DNA of 63,805 bases, filler included, from an uncultured Acidimicrobiia bacterium (GCA_964347285.1; 3 parts of 3 records of this genome joined end to end with filler, not necessarily neighbours in it), one strand, 5' to 3'; counted from the whole stretch's first letter, positions 30,297 through 41,062 are shown. Notes: generated by a model not told the origin, from the sequence alone. A program made the numbers and translations.

Positions 30297-30922
30297 TCCG
30301 CGTTGCCATTGCCGACGATCATCGCCTCCTTCTCGAGGGGTTGGAGAAGGCACTCGGCAGCGTCCCCGATTTCGAGGTGGTGGCCACCGTCGAGGATGGC
30401 CATCAGCTCCTGTCCGTCCTGGCGGAGGCCCCGGTCGACGTGGTTCTGGTCGATCTCGACATGCCGGCCGTAGACGGCATCGAGGCGCTGCGGCGTCTGC
30501 CGCTCGGCGGTCCGGCCGCGATCATGGTCACCATGCACGCCGACGAAGCGCACCGTCGCCGGGCCGCCTCAGCGGGGGCGGCCGCCTTCCTGTCCAAGTC
30601 GACCCCCCTCCCCGAATTGGCCACGGCGGTGCGAGCGGTTGCGGCGGGAGAAAGCCTCATCGATTCCGGCCTCACCGAAGAGCACCGGAGATTTCGAGAG
30701 CCGGTTTGGGAGGAAGGGCCGGCCTCCCTGACGTCACGGGAACGCCAACTGCTGGCCCTGTTGGCCGACGGGACCACTACTACCGAGGAGCTGGCCGACC
30801 GGCTCTTCATCTCCCCGAAGACGGTCAAGAACCACCTCGCCAGCATCTACTTCAAGCTGGGGATCTCCGACCGGGCCCAGGCCGCCGTCGAAGCCATACG
30901 CCTCGGATTGGGTGGCAGCTGA
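30293..30922 (+). CDS. NarL/LuxR family response regulator
   Basis: IADDH, DLDMP, LTSRERQLL, ISPKTVKNHLASIYFKLG; ATGA overlap with the kinase. Confidence 0.95.
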   Translation: MIRVAIADDHRLLLEGLEKALGSVPDFEVVATVEDGHQLLSVLAEAPVDVVLVDLDMPAVDGIEALRRLPLGGPAAIMVTMHADEAHRRRAASAGAAAFLSKSTPLPELATAVRAVAAGESLIDSGLTEEHRRFREPVWEEGPASLTSRERQLLALLADGTTTTEELADRLFISPKTVKNHLASIYFKLGISDRAQAAVEAIRLGLGGS

Positions 30923-30957
30923 CTTCCGGCCCACTTCCCCTACCCTGGGTCCGCACA

Positions 30958-31006
30958 CATATGGGTCGGGCGACCTATATGAAGCGAAGACGTGCACTGG
31001 TACGTT
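30958..31006 (+). promoter_or_regulatory. Putative activator-dependent flp promoter (palindrome plus extended -10)
   Basis: Inverted repeat CATATGGGTCG-GG-CGACCTATATG (30958-30981); TGG-TACGTT with the hexamer at 31001-31006. Confidence 0.65.
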
Positions 31007-31045
31007 CGATTCGGAATCGCTCAGATTCCAAAGGAGGAGCGCCAG

Positions 31046-31252
31046 ATGACCCGGGCATGGGCGTACATCCAGAGCCGCTTCACCGATGAGTGGGGCGCCT
31101 CGCTGGTCGAGTACGCGTTGCTCCTCGTGCTGATTGCGGTGGTCGCCATCGCCGCCATCCAGTCGCTCGGCGGCAGCGTGAGCGACACGTTCAGCGACGT
31201 CGAGGCCGAGTTGAACGGAGCGGGCGGGCCGGCCACGACCTCCGCTCCGTAG
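31046..31252 (+). CDS. flp: Flp/Fap type IVc pilin
   Basis: G|ASLVEYALL prepilin cleavage motif and hydrophobic helix; AAGGAGG RBS. Confidence 0.93.
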   Translation: MTRAWAYIQSRFTDEWGASLVEYALLLVLIAVVAIAAIQSLGGSVSDTFSDVEAELNGAGGPATTSAP

Positions 31253-31261
31253 GTCGAATGG

Positions 31262-32161
31262 TCAGGTCAGGAGGACCCGCCGAATCTCGATGAAGGCGGG
31301 ACCGAGGAGGACCACGAAGATGGCCGGGAAGATGCAGAGCACGAGCGGAAACACCATCTTCACCGGCGCCGCGAACGCCCTTTCCTGAGCGCGCTGGCGG
31401 CGTCGGTTACGCATCTCCTCCGACTGCACCCGTAGCACCCGAACGATCGAGACGCCGAAGGCGTCGGCTTGGTTCATCGCCAGCAGGAACGACTGCAGCT
31501 CGTCTACGTCGGTACGCCCGGCCAGGCTGTCCAGGGCGTCCCGGCGGCTCACTCCGACGCGGGTCTCCTGGAGCATCCGGTTGAACTCGGAGCTCATCTC
31601 GCCGGGCACGGCCTGCACCACCCGAGACAGCGCAGCGTCGAAGCTCAGACCGGCTTCGACGCTGATCACCAGCAAATCGAGGATTTCGGGAAGCTCCCGG
31701 CGCATGGCCTCCCGGCGCTGCTCGATGCGCCGGTTGAGGATGGCCTCCGGGAGGATGAAGCCTCCAAAGCCCAACAGGGCGATCAACAGCAGGAGCTGGA
31801 AGCCCCGGTAGTCGCCGGGCAAGACGAAGAAGAGGGCCAGAGCTGTGACGATCGTGAGGATCCGCACCGCGGCCCACGCGTTGACGTCGAAGGTGTCCGA
31901 CCAGCCGGCCAAGGCCAACCGGTCCCGGGTGCGGCCCACCCAGCCCTGGGGTGTGTAGCGGAGGACCCACGAACCCAGTCCCTGGACGATGGGAGCTACG
32001 GCTCGCTCGGCAAAGCTCCGCTCGAGCAACTCGGTGCGATCCTGCATCGCCATGAGCCGCTCTCTACCCCGGCCCCGGGCCCGAGTGACTCCGACCCCCA
32101 CGTAGTAGATCAGGGCGGCGACCGCCACGAACATCACCACGGCAACCGCCAGAGGACTCAT
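31262..32161 (-). CDS. tadC: Tad pilus platform protein TadC
   Basis: LPEILDLLVISVEAGLSFD, PVKMVFPLVLCIFP. Confidence 0.92.
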   Translation of the reverse strand: MSPLAVAVVMFVAVAALIYYVGVGVTRARGRGRERLMAMQDRTELLERSFAERAVAPIVQGLGSWVLRYTPQGWVGRTRDRLALAGWSDTFDVNAWAAVRILTIVTALALFFVLPGDYRGFQLLLLIALLGFGGFILPEAILNRRIEQRREAMRRELPEILDLLVISVEAGLSFDAALSRVVQAVPGEMSSEFNRMLQETRVGVSRRDALDSLAGRTDVDELQSFLLAMNQADAFGVSIVRVLRVQSEEMRNRRRQRAQERAFAAPVKMVFPLVLCIFPAIFVVLLGPAFIEIRRVLLT

Positions 32162-33213
32162 GCCTTGATGTCCACGATCTTGCGGATCCACAAAATGCCG
32201 ACGACCAACAGCACTCCCGCTCCCACCAAGGCCACCCGGCCCAGGGTCGAGTCGAGCAGCGGGTCCAGGTAGTCCCGGTTGGTGGCCCACAGAAAACCGA
32301 GGAGGGCGAAGGGAAGCGCCAGCAGCACGACCGCCGAGATGCGACCTTCGGCGGTCATGGCGCGCACGTCGCGACGGAGGCGGGTGCGCAGCACGATCGT
32401 TTCGGCGGCGTTCTGCAGCACCTCGGCCAGGTTCCCACCCACCTCGGCCTGGATCTCGATCGCCATGACCGTCCATTCGAAATCGACCGAGCCCATCCGG
32501 TGGGCCAAGCGGCGCAAGCTGACCGTCACGCTCTGACCGAGTCGAATCTCGCTGAGGGCCCTGCCGAACTCGCGCCTGGTGGGCTGGCGGGACTCGTCGG
32601 CCACCGCCTCCACGGCCTGCAGCAGCGAGTAGCCGGCTCGCAGCGAGGAAGCGATGAGATTGAGGGTATCGGGCATCTGCTGTTCGAAGCGGCGCTGTTC
32701 ACGCGCCGCCGCCGCCTGGGTGCCCATGACCACCACGACGATGCCGAGCGCTCCTACCCCGAGGCCGACCAGGAGATTCCGGGTGCCGACGCCGAAGAGG
32801 AGCCCCGCCAACACCGATATGCCGACGGCGACGGCCAACCCCTCGCCGGGTCGCAGCGGCAACCCGGCCCGCTCCAACGAGGCGCCGACTGCGTCGAGGA
32901 CCCCGCGGCGGGCGGCCGCCTCCTCGGCACTTCGGGCCAGCCAGCGAAAGCCTGGTATCCGGCCCAACCATCCGAGGCCTTCGGCAGACGTCCTCGCGTA
33001 TGTGCCCAGCCGACCCCGAACGTCCCGCTCTATGGCGCGCAGCCCCAGTCCGGCAAAGAGGATTGCAAAGAGAAGGACCGAAAGCCCGACGCCGACGGCA
33101 GCCAGCCAGGGCACGATCGACCCGTTCCCGGAACCGTCCTGGGCCTGTGCTCCCACCGGAACCAACAAAAGGGCGACCACGCCGGCTGCGACGATAGACG
33201 TCCGAGCCGTCAC
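32158..33213 (-). CDS. tadB: Tad pilus platform protein TadB
   Basis: QMPDTLNLIASSLRAGYSL, GGNLAEVL, TAEGRIS. Confidence 0.92.
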   Translation of the reverse strand: MTARTSIVAAGVVALLLVPVGAQAQDGSGNGSIVPWLAAVGVGLSVLLFAILFAGLGLRAIERDVRGRLGTYARTSAEGLGWLGRIPGFRWLARSAEEAAARRGVLDAVGASLERAGLPLRPGEGLAVAVGISVLAGLLFGVGTRNLLVGLGVGALGIVVVVMGTQAAAAREQRRFEQQMPDTLNLIASSLRAGYSLLQAVEAVADESRQPTRREFGRALSEIRLGQSVTVSLRRLAHRMGSVDFEWTVMAIEIQAEVGGNLAEVLQNAAETIVLRTRLRRDVRAMTAEGRISAVVLLALPFALLGFLWATNRDYLDPLLDSTLGRVALVGAGVLLVVGILWIRKIVDIKA

Positions 33214-34565
33214 AGCGGTTGCCTGGCGAAACGCTCCGGCGAGAACAGCTCGGGCGCCAGCTCGATCCCCTGATTGCGCAGCAAATCACTGAATCCGGGC
33301 CGCAATCCGGTGGCTTTGAGGTGACCGAGCGCCCGGCCCTCGTCATCCACGCCCATGCCGAAGTCGTACAGAAACAGGTCTTGGAGCGTCACGATGTCAC
33401 CCTCCATCCCCCTCACCTCGGTGACGTGGGTGATGCGACGCGACCCGTCCCGGAAGCGATGGAGGTGGACGATGAGGTGAACGGCGGAGGCGATCTGCTC
33501 CCGGACTGCCCGGACCGGCAGGTCCATCCCCGACATCAGGACCATCGTTTCGATGCGAGCCAGGGTGTCGCGTGGTGAGTTGGAGTGGATGGTGGTCAAC
33601 GAGCCGTCGTGTCCGGTGTTCATGGCCTGGAGCATGTCGAGCGCCTCATCGCCGCGTGCCTCGCCGACCACGATTCGATCGGGTCGCATGCGCAGGGCAT
33701 TGCGGACCAAGTCCCGGGTGCTGACCGTGCCTTTGCCTTCCAGGTTGGGGGGACGGGTCTCCAGGCTGAGCACGTGCTCCTGGCGCAACTGCAACTCGGC
33801 GGCGTCCTCGATGGTCACGATCCGCTCGTCGGGCGGGATGTGGCCGGACAGGACGTTGAGCAGCGTGGTCTTGCCGGCTCCGGTTGCTCCGCTGATGACG
33901 ATGTTGAGCCGGCCTTCGACGCAACGACGGAGGAAGTCGGCCACTCCCCGGCGCAGAGTCCCCAGCTCGACCAGATCCTTCTCGCTGAACGGGTCCACCG
34001 CGAATTTGCGCACGGTGAGAAAGGGGCCCCCGATTGCCAACGGGTGGATGACCGCGTTGACCCGGGAACCGTCGGGTAGTCGGGCGTCCACCATCGGAGT
34101 GGCCTCGTCTATGCGGCGCCCCACCTGGCCGACGATCTTCTCGATGATCCGTTCCAGGTGGCTGGCGTCGACGAACTTGACGTCGGTGGTCTCGATCTTT
34201 CCGTCGCGTTCGATGTAGACCTTGTGGGGGCCGTTGACCATGATCTCGCTCACGTCGGGATCGCTGAGGAGCGGGTCGATCGGGCCGTAGCCGAGGACGT
34301 CGTCGGCGATTTCCTGAAGCAGCACCAGGCGGTCGGCGCGGGTGAGCGGGACCGCCTCTTCTTGCTCCAGGGCCCATTCGAGCATCTCCATGACCCGGAG
34401 CTTCAGCTCGGCATCGGTCATCTGCCGGTCGTAGAGCATGGGACCGAGCCCCTCGACCACTTTGAAGTGCAGCTTGCGGCGGAGCTGCTGATGGGCCTGC
34501 TCCTTGACGGGATCGAGCGTGGTGTCGGTGGCCTTGGCTGCCCTGACGCGATCGGCGAGACTCAT
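33210..34565 (-). CDS. cpaF: Tad pilus assembly ATPase CpaF/TadA
   Basis: DARLPDGSRVN, GATGAGKTT, LRMRPDRIVVGE, AMNTGHDG. Confidence 0.96.
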   Translation of the reverse strand: MSLADRVRAAKATDTTLDPVKEQAHQQLRRKLHFKVVEGLGPMLYDRQMTDAELKLRVMEMLEWALEQEEAVPLTRADRLVLLQEIADDVLGYGPIDPLLSDPDVSEIMVNGPHKVYIERDGKIETTDVKFVDASHLERIIEKIVGQVGRRIDEATPMVDARLPDGSRVNAVIHPLAIGGPFLTVRKFAVDPFSEKDLVELGTLRRGVADFLRRCVEGRLNIVISGATGAGKTTLLNVLSGHIPPDERIVTIEDAAELQLRQEHVLSLETRPPNLEGKGTVSTRDLVRNALRMRPDRIVVGEARGDEALDMLQAMNTGHDGSLTTIHSNSPRDTLARIETMVLMSGMDLPVRAVREQIASAVHLIVHLHRFRDGSRRITHVTEVRGMEGDIVTLQDLFLYDFGMGVDDEGRALGHLKATGLRPGFSDLLRNQGIELAPELFSPERFARQPL

Positions 34566-34581
34566 CTCCTACTCCACTCCC

Positions 34582-35772
34582 TCATCCCAGGAGCCGGCGC
34601 CGGGGCCGCGACGGCCCGCCCGATACCGTGCCGTCGCCGATCAGCCTGATCACATTGTGAAAGCCCCTGGCCACCCGCGATCGCGGGTTCAACGCCACCA
34701 CCGGAACGCCTTCGTTGACGGAACGGGGCACGATCTTGTCCGAGGGGATGGCCGCCATCACCCGCAGATCCAGAGACCGCTCGAGCTCTTCCACATCGAG
34801 CCTCGCTTTGGAATTCACCCTGTTCAGGATGAGCTTGATCTTGCGAATCGGGAAGTTGATGAGGCGGAGGGTGTCGAGAGCCAGCTTGGCGTTCTTGACG
34901 CTGGGCATGTCCATGTCGACCACCAGCAGCACGTCGTCGCTGCGCTCCAAGATGGTGAGGACCGGCTCGTCGAGGAACGGCGCGGTGTCGATGATCAAGT
35001 AGTCGAACATCCGCTTCATCATGCCGACAACCTTCACCACTGCCTGAGTGGATATCGCATCGGCCAGCGCCGGTTCCAAGGGCGCCGCCAGGACTCGTAC
35101 GCCGGATTCGTGCCTGACCATCAGGGAGTCCAGGAGGGCCTCGTCGAGCTTCTCCAAATTGGCGGCGGCGTCGACCAGTGAAGTCTTGGGATCGAGCTGC
35201 ATAGCCAGGCACACATCGCCGAACTGCAAGTCGGCGTCCAGCACGGCGACCCGAGAAGGATCGTTCCACTGTGCCAGCAGTAGTGCCACATTGGTGGCCA
35301 TCACCGTCTTGCCCGCCCCGCCCTTTGGGGACATGACCGTGACGACCCGTCCCAGCCGGGAGCGACCGACCGCGGACTCCTCGACCTCGCCGCGTCGTTT
35401 GTGCAGTCGCTCGGCCTGGCCGAGCACATCCTCGACCTTCGGAGCCGTCATCGGCGCCTCGATGGCGTCCCCGAAGCCGGCCCGCAGGGCCGCCTTGAGC
35501 GTCGGAGTCTCCAGCCCGTCGGCAACCAGGACCAGCATGAGCTCGGGCTCGACGTCGAGCAACAGGCTGCACTCGGCCACTCCCACCTCGTGGGCATAGG
35601 AGGGGCCGATGAAGGCGATCTCGACCGAGGTGTCGGAGACGATCTCCTGGGCCTCGGAGACGCTACGGGCGCTCAACACCCGGTGGCCGCCGAGCGCCTT
35701 GTCGGCGCTCTCGTGAAACTCCTCATCCCGGTCGACGACCAGGACGTTGTAGCCGGCGGCCTCGTTGCTCAC
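34582..35772 (-). CDS. cpaE: CpaE/TadZ-like receiver-like domain plus MinD/ParA ATPase
   Basis: Degenerate receiver N-terminus, PKGGAGKT, DADLQFGD; GTGA overlap with cpaB. Confidence 0.88.
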   Translation of the reverse strand: MSNEAAGYNVLVVDRDEEFHESADKALGGHRVLSARSVSEAQEIVSDTSVEIAFIGPSYAHEVGVAECSLLLDVEPELMLVLVADGLETPTLKAALRAGFGDAIEAPMTAPKVEDVLGQAERLHKRRGEVEESAVGRSRLGRVVTVMSPKGGAGKTVMATNVALLLAQWNDPSRVAVLDADLQFGDVCLAMQLDPKTSLVDAAANLEKLDEALLDSLMVRHESGVRVLAAPLEPALADAISTQAVVKVVGMMKRMFDYLIIDTAPFLDEPVLTILERSDDVLLVVDMDMPSVKNAKLALDTLRLINFPIRKIKLILNRVNSKARLDVEELERSLDLRVMAAIPSDKIVPRSVNEGVPVVALNPRSRVARGFHNVIRLIGDGTVSGGPSRPRRRLLG

Positions 35773-36722
35773 GGCGACTCGACTCCCAGCGCGTCGAAAG
35801 CGCGGCGATCCAACACCTCGCCGACGATGTCCTCGATGGTGATTCCTTCTGTGGGAACCGGCTCGTATGGAACCTGCGACGACACCAGAGAGAGCCATAC
35901 GCTGCTGTTCTCGAAGACCCAGGCGACCTGCTCCGCTTCTTCGGGGGTCACCTCCAGCGTGATCAGCTGGCTGCCGAGCGCCTCGACGGCCTCGGGAGCC
36001 TCCCCAGCGTCCTCGCCGCTCGGTCCACCCCGGGCTACAGAGCCGACTGCCAACACCTGGACATCCTGGAGCACCGTCAGGGTCACGGTCTTGGTCTCCG
36101 GAATAGCGCTGGCCAGCTCATCGAAGACTTCCTCCACCTGCTCGCCAGTCAAATCGGCCGGAAGCAGTCTTTCGAACCTGTTGAACTCGTCGGCCACACC
36201 GAGCAAGTCCCGTCCCACCGGGTTCCGCAGGAAAGCGATCGTCGTCGACCGATCGACGTCGAGGGTGGCGATGACGTTTACGCCGTCGCCGGCCCGTACG
36301 AAACCGCCCACCGCCCTCACCTCATCGGGCCTGATCGTGATGGCCTGCCGACCCGGACTGATCAGCTCCGAGAGGCTGGCCACTTCCTCGGCGGGCTCGG
36401 CCCACAGGTCGGTGGTCACCACCTGGCCCTTGCTGATGGGGCCTCGGGAAACCTTGCCGCTCAGCACGTCGACGAGTTGCGCCTGGGTCGTGATGGCGTT
36501 GTCGGGAAGGAGCTCCTCCAGCTCGGTCGATTCGGCGAACTTGTCGATCACGGCGTCGCCCTCGGCATTGCGATCTATGAATTCTGTGGCCCGGAACACC
36601 GTCACCTCGTCGAGACCGGCGCGGGCATCCTCCTCGACGTCGCTGAGGAAGGCCCAGATCGCCCAGGCAGACAGGCCCGCCAGCACGACGGCAAGGACGA
36701 GGACGATGGTGCGTCTTCCCAT
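35769..36722 (-). CDS. cpaB: Flp pilus assembly protein CpaB/RcpC
   Basis: N-terminal TM, SAF-like region, VGGFVRAGD.V.V, VLQDVQVLAVG, ITLEVTPEEAE. Confidence 0.9.
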   Translation of the reverse strand: MGRRTIVLVLAVVLAGLSAWAIWAFLSDVEEDARAGLDEVTVFRATEFIDRNAEGDAVIDKFAESTELEELLPDNAITTQAQLVDVLSGKVSRGPISKGQVVTTDLWAEPAEEVASLSELISPGRQAITIRPDEVRAVGGFVRAGDGVNVIATLDVDRSTTIAFLRNPVGRDLLGVADEFNRFERLLPADLTGEQVEEVFDELASAIPETKTVTLTVLQDVQVLAVGSVARGGPSGEDAGEAPEAVEALGSQLITLEVTPEEAEQVAWVFENSSVWLSLVSSQVPYEPVPTEGITIEDIVGEVLDRRAFDALGVESP

Positions 36723-36842
36723 TCTCTTCCTAGTGGTGGTGGATCGGGCGGACCAAGCCCTCGCATCGAGGATTCCCGGCCCGGCCGCCCGACTCGTGGC
36801 CCCCGCACCCTTGCGCCATACCCCCCCGGGCCGGCGACGAGG

Positions 36843-38321
36843 TCACTTCCTGCCGATACCTTTCTCTTTCAGTTCTTGAAGGATTGCCTCGAGGGAAGCA
36901 TCCGCGTTGAAGGCCGGTTCGCGCGACGCCTCCTGATCGGCTTCTTCTTCCCTTTCGAACTCGCGATCGACGCGACGGCGACGCTCGCTGTAGGCGGCCC
37001 GTTCTTGCCATTCCGGTGATGCCTGCTTGATCGAAAGGCTGATTCGTCTGCGGTCCACGTCGATCTCGGTCAGCTTCACCTTCACCGTCTGGCCGACCGA
37101 AAGCTCGAGCTCCGGGCTCTCGACATGATGGGTGGCGATCTCCGAGACGTGGACGAGGCCCTCCACCCCATCGTCCACCGACACGAAGGCCCCAAACGGT
37201 ACGGTCTTCGTGACCCTTCCTTCGACGATGTCGCCGAGCTGGTGACGTTCGGCAAACGCTTGCCAGGGATCGGCCTTGGTCTGGCGGACCGACAGTGAGA
37301 TGCGCTCTCTCTCCCGGTCCACCTCGAGCACCTTGACCTGGACTTCGTCGCCCACCGACACCACTTCGCTGGGATGACTGACGTGCTCCCACGACAACTC
37401 CGAGACGTGGACCAGGCCGTCCATTCCGCCCAAATCGATGAAGGCCCCGAAGTTCACGACCGACGACACCACCCCCGGGCGGATCTCGCCCGGTTGCAGT
37501 CCTTCCAGGAACGAATGGCGCTGCTCGGCCTGCTCCTCTTCGAGAAACGCCCGCCGTGACAGGACCACGTTGTTGCGGTTCTTGTCGAGTTCTATGACTT
37601 TGGCCTCGATTTCGTCGCCCACGAAGGGCTGGAGGTCGCGCACCCGCCGCAGGTCGACCAGCGAGGCAGGCAGAAAGCCGCGCAAGCCGATGTCGAGGAT
37701 CAGGCCTCCCTTCACGACCTCGATCACCTTGCCCGAGACCGTGCCCCCTTCGTTCATCACCTTCTCGATCTTCCCCCAGGCCCGTTCATACTGGGCCCGC
37801 TTCTTCGACAGGATCAGCCGCCCCTCCTGGTCTTCCTTCTGGATGACCAGAGCCTCGATCCGATCACCGACGGTCGCCTCCTCGTTGGGGTCGATGTCTT
37901 TGCGAATCGACAGCTCCTTGAGCGGAATCACTCCCTCCGACTTGTAGCCGATATCGACCAGTACCTCATCGGGGTCCACCCGGACCACCGTTCCCTCGAC
38001 GATGTCCCCTTCGTCGAACTCGACGACGGTCCTTTCCACGGCCGCAGCGAAGTCGTCGGGACCGATATCGTCGGGTATCTCGCCCACGTCGGGCGCCTTC
38101 ACCACCACCGGTTCGAAACGGCGTTCCGGCTCTCCCTCCGAAGCCCGGTCTTCGTCCGTCGCCGGTTCCCCTCGTTGGGCCTGCTCCTCCATTTCGCCTG
38201 CTTCGGTGTCACCGCCGCCGACGACTTCCTCATCGGCCTCCGCAGCGGCGTCGACCGGCGTGGGTTCGGTAGCCGTCTCCTCGGCGGCGCGCTCGGGCGA
38301 GATATCGGAATCGGGGGTCAT
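36843..38321 (-). CDS. rpsA: 30S ribosomal protein S1
   Basis: Four S1 domains (DIGYKSEGVIP, GLRGFLPAS, DGLVHVSELSW, EGLVHVSEI). Confidence 0.97.
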   Translation of the reverse strand: MTPDSDISPERAAEETATEPTPVDAAAEADEEVVGGGDTEAGEMEEQAQRGEPATDEDRASEGEPERRFEPVVVKAPDVGEIPDDIGPDDFAAAVERTVVEFDEGDIVEGTVVRVDPDEVLVDIGYKSEGVIPLKELSIRKDIDPNEEATVGDRIEALVIQKEDQEGRLILSKKRAQYERAWGKIEKVMNEGGTVSGKVIEVVKGGLILDIGLRGFLPASLVDLRRVRDLQPFVGDEIEAKVIELDKNRNNVVLSRRAFLEEEQAEQRHSFLEGLQPGEIRPGVVSSVVNFGAFIDLGGMDGLVHVSELSWEHVSHPSEVVSVGDEVQVKVLEVDRERERISLSVRQTKADPWQAFAERHQLGDIVEGRVTKTVPFGAFVSVDDGVEGLVHVSEIATHHVESPELELSVGQTVKVKLTEIDVDRRRISLSIKQASPEWQERAAYSERRRRVDREFEREEEADQEASREPAFNADASLEAILQELKEKGIGRK

Positions 38322-38406
38322 TGGTACTTTGGGTGCTCGCGGGACTCCTGTGAGGCCCGGGAGCCGGGTCAGCGTACCACACCGAGAGCGCGGCCCCTAG
38401 CCGGCC

Positions 38407-41040
38407 TCACGCCTTGGTTTCGGCCAGGTGTGCGCCGGTGGCCACATCGACCCGGAGCGGTACGCGCAACGCCACGATGCCCTCCATCAACCCTTGCACC
38501 ACCCCGGCGATCTCGGGCGCCTCGTCCGACGGCGCTTCCACCACCAGCTCGTCGTGGACCTGGAGCACCATGGCCGACCCGTCGTCTCGTACCTCGAGCA
38601 CCCGGTCGATCTCCACCATGGCCTTCTTGATGATGTCGGCCGCCGATCCCTGAATGGGTGCATTGAGCGCCATGCGCTCCCCCATCTGCCGCTCTCGGAA
38701 GCTGCGCGATGCCAACTCGGGCAGGTAGCGCCTCCTCCCCAGGATCGTGGTGGTGAATCCGCTGTTGCGGGCCTCGGCCACGATGCCCTCCATGTAGGCC
38801 CGCACCTCCGGAAACTGCTCGAAGTAGGCCTCCATGTGCTCGGCCGCCTCCTCCTTGGGAATCTCGAGCCGCTGCGCCAAACCGTAGGCCTCCATGCCGT
38901 AGAGGAGTCCGAAGTTGATCATCTTGGCTCGACGGCGCAGCTCGGGAGGCACGTCTTCGGGGGCAAGACCGAATACTCGTGCCGCCGTGGCCCGGTGGAT
39001 GTCCTCGTTGCGCTCGAAGGCCTCGACCAAGCCGGGATCGCCGCTGAGGTGGGCGAGGATGCGCAGCTCGATCTGGGAGTAGTCGGCCACGATGAAGGTC
39101 GCACCCTCGGCGGCCACGAAAGCGCGCCTGATCGTGCGACCCTCGGCGGAACGGACCGGGATGTTCTGCAGGTTGGGATTCTCCGACGAGAGTCGCCCCG
39201 TGGCGGCCGCCATTTGATTGAAGCGGGCATGGATCCGGCCATCCTCTCTTATGAGCGGCAGCAGGCCATCGACGTAGGTGGAACGGAGCTTCTCGAGCTC
39301 CCGATAGGTCAACAACCGCTCGACGATCGGGTGCTCGTCGACCAGCTTGGCAAGCACCGAGGCATCCGTCGACGGCGCTCCCTTGGGGGTCTTCTTGAGG
39401 ACCGGTAGCCCGAGCCGTTCGAACAGGACCTCGCGCAGCTGCAGGGTGGAGTTGACATTGAAGGGCTCCCCGGCCGCCCGGTAGATCTCGTCTTCGATTG
39501 CCGACAGGCGCGAGCGCAGGTCGTCTCCCAGCGCCTCGAGGTAGGCCTGGTCGACGGCTATGCCCACGTGCTCCATCCGGGCGAGGACGCGCACCAGCGG
39601 CAACTCGACGTCCTCATACAGGCCTCGCCCACCCCGTGCCTCCATCTGGGCGGTGAGTGGACCGACTAGTTGCTGGACGGCTACCGCAGCCCGACCGGCC
39701 GTCTCCAGGTCGAGAGGCCCGGCCTCGAAAGCAAGAGAGGCCTGGCCCCGATGGGCCTCGCCCTCCTCCTGGGGCCGCCCCACCGCCAACCCCAGCACCT
39801 GCTCGGCCAGATCTCCCAGATCGGGGGTCCGCTCGGCCGGATTGATGACGTACGCGGCCAGCGCCGTGTCGAACGCAAGTCCGCCCAGATCCCACCCGAA
39901 GTCGAGCAACCGTCGAATGAGGGGCTTGGCGTCGTGGACCGCCTTGGGTACGGCCGGGTCGGAAAGCACCGGGGCCAGGCCCTCCAGGAGATCGGCGGGG
40001 ATGAACCGAGCGCGTGCCTCTCCGGCGGCGACCGCCAGGCCGGCCAGTTCGTCGAGGTCCCATACCGGCTGCAACGCCACCATCCCGGCGGCAAACAGCT
40101 TCTCGGCACGGGCCGGGTCGACCTCGGTGGCGATCTCCACGTCGAGCAGCTCCCCGCCGGACGGGGCCGCACCCTCGAGGGCCTCCTCGAGCCGCTCCCA
40201 CAGGCTACGAAACGCCAGAGCGTCGAAGACCTTGCGGACCTCGGCGCGGTCGAAACGCTGCAGCTCCAAGTCGGCCGGGGTCGCCTCGACCGGAGCATCG
40301 CGGCGGAGCGTGGCGAGGCGACGATTGAGAAACACCTGCTCTCGGGCCGCTTCCAGGTTCTCGCGCAGCTTGGGAGTCTGCTCGTCGAGGTGTTCGTAGA
40401 TCCCCTCCAGCGAGCCGTAGGCCTGCAGCAGCTTGGACGCCGTCTTCTCTCCCACCCCGGGCACCCCGGGCAGGTTGTCCGAGGGATCGCCGCGCAGTGC
40501 GGCGTAGTCGGTGTACTGGGTCGGATCGATTCCGTAACGCTCACCCACCCATGCCGAGTCGGCGTGCACCGTGTCGGAGATGCCCCGCCGGGTGTAGATC
40601 ACCTCGACCGGTCCCCCTATGAGCTGGAAGGCATCCCGATCGCCGGTAACCACCACTACGTCCCATCCCTCGGCCCCGGCCCGATCGGCCATCGTGGCGA
40701 TGACGTCGTCCGCCTCGAAGCCGGCTACCTCCATCTGCCGAAACCGGAGCACCTCGGCGACTTCCTTGATGAGGGGCACTTGGCCTCGAAAGAGATCGGG
40801 GGCCGCCTCGCGGGTGGCCTTGTATTCCGGGTACTCCTGAGAACGGAAGGTGGCCTCCGGCGTGTCCCACGCCACCGCAACAGCATCGGGCTGCTCCTCG
40901 GCCAGCAATTTGATCACCATCGACGTGAAGCCGTAGACGGCGTTGGTCACCTGCCCGGCGGGGGTAGCGAGGTCGGTGGGAAGGGCATAGAAGGCCCGGT
41001 AGGCCAGGCTGTGGCCGTCGAGGAGGACCAGCTTGGGCAC
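38407..41040 (-). CDS. polA: DNA polymerase I
   Basis: LDGHSLAYRAFYA 5' nuclease, TGRLSSENPNLQNIP, ADYSQIELR, QVHDEL; TATGAT 6 nt before the GTG. Confidence 0.99.
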   Translation of the reverse strand: MPKLVLLDGHSLAYRAFYALPTDLATPAGQVTNAVYGFTSMVIKLLAEEQPDAVAVAWDTPEATFRSQEYPEYKATREAAPDLFRGQVPLIKEVAEVLRFRQMEVAGFEADDVIATMADRAGAEGWDVVVVTGDRDAFQLIGGPVEVIYTRRGISDTVHADSAWVGERYGIDPTQYTDYAALRGDPSDNLPGVPGVGEKTASKLLQAYGSLEGIYEHLDEQTPKLRENLEAAREQVFLNRRLATLRRDAPVEATPADLELQRFDRAEVRKVFDALAFRSLWERLEEALEGAAPSGGELLDVEIATEVDPARAEKLFAAGMVALQPVWDLDELAGLAVAAGEARARFIPADLLEGLAPVLSDPAVPKAVHDAKPLIRRLLDFGWDLGGLAFDTALAAYVINPAERTPDLGDLAEQVLGLAVGRPQEEGEAHRGQASLAFEAGPLDLETAGRAAVAVQQLVGPLTAQMEARGGRGLYEDVELPLVRVLARMEHVGIAVDQAYLEALGDDLRSRLSAIEDEIYRAAGEPFNVNSTLQLREVLFERLGLPVLKKTPKGAPSTDASVLAKLVDEHPIVERLLTYRELEKLRSTYVDGLLPLIREDGRIHARFNQMAAATGRLSSENPNLQNIPVRSAEGRTIRRAFVAAEGATFIVADYSQIELRILAHLSGDPGLVEAFERNEDIHRATAARVFGLAPEDVPPELRRRAKMINFGLLYGMEAYGLAQRLEIPKEEAAEHMEAYFEQFPEVRAYMEGIVAEARNSGFTTTILGRRRYLPELASRSFRERQMGERMALNAPIQGSAADIIKKAMVEIDRVLEVRDDGSAMVLQVHDELVVEAPSDEAPEIAGVVQGLMEGIVALRVPLRVDVATGAHLAETKA

Positions 41041-41062
41041 CGCGGCATCATAGGAGCGGCCT

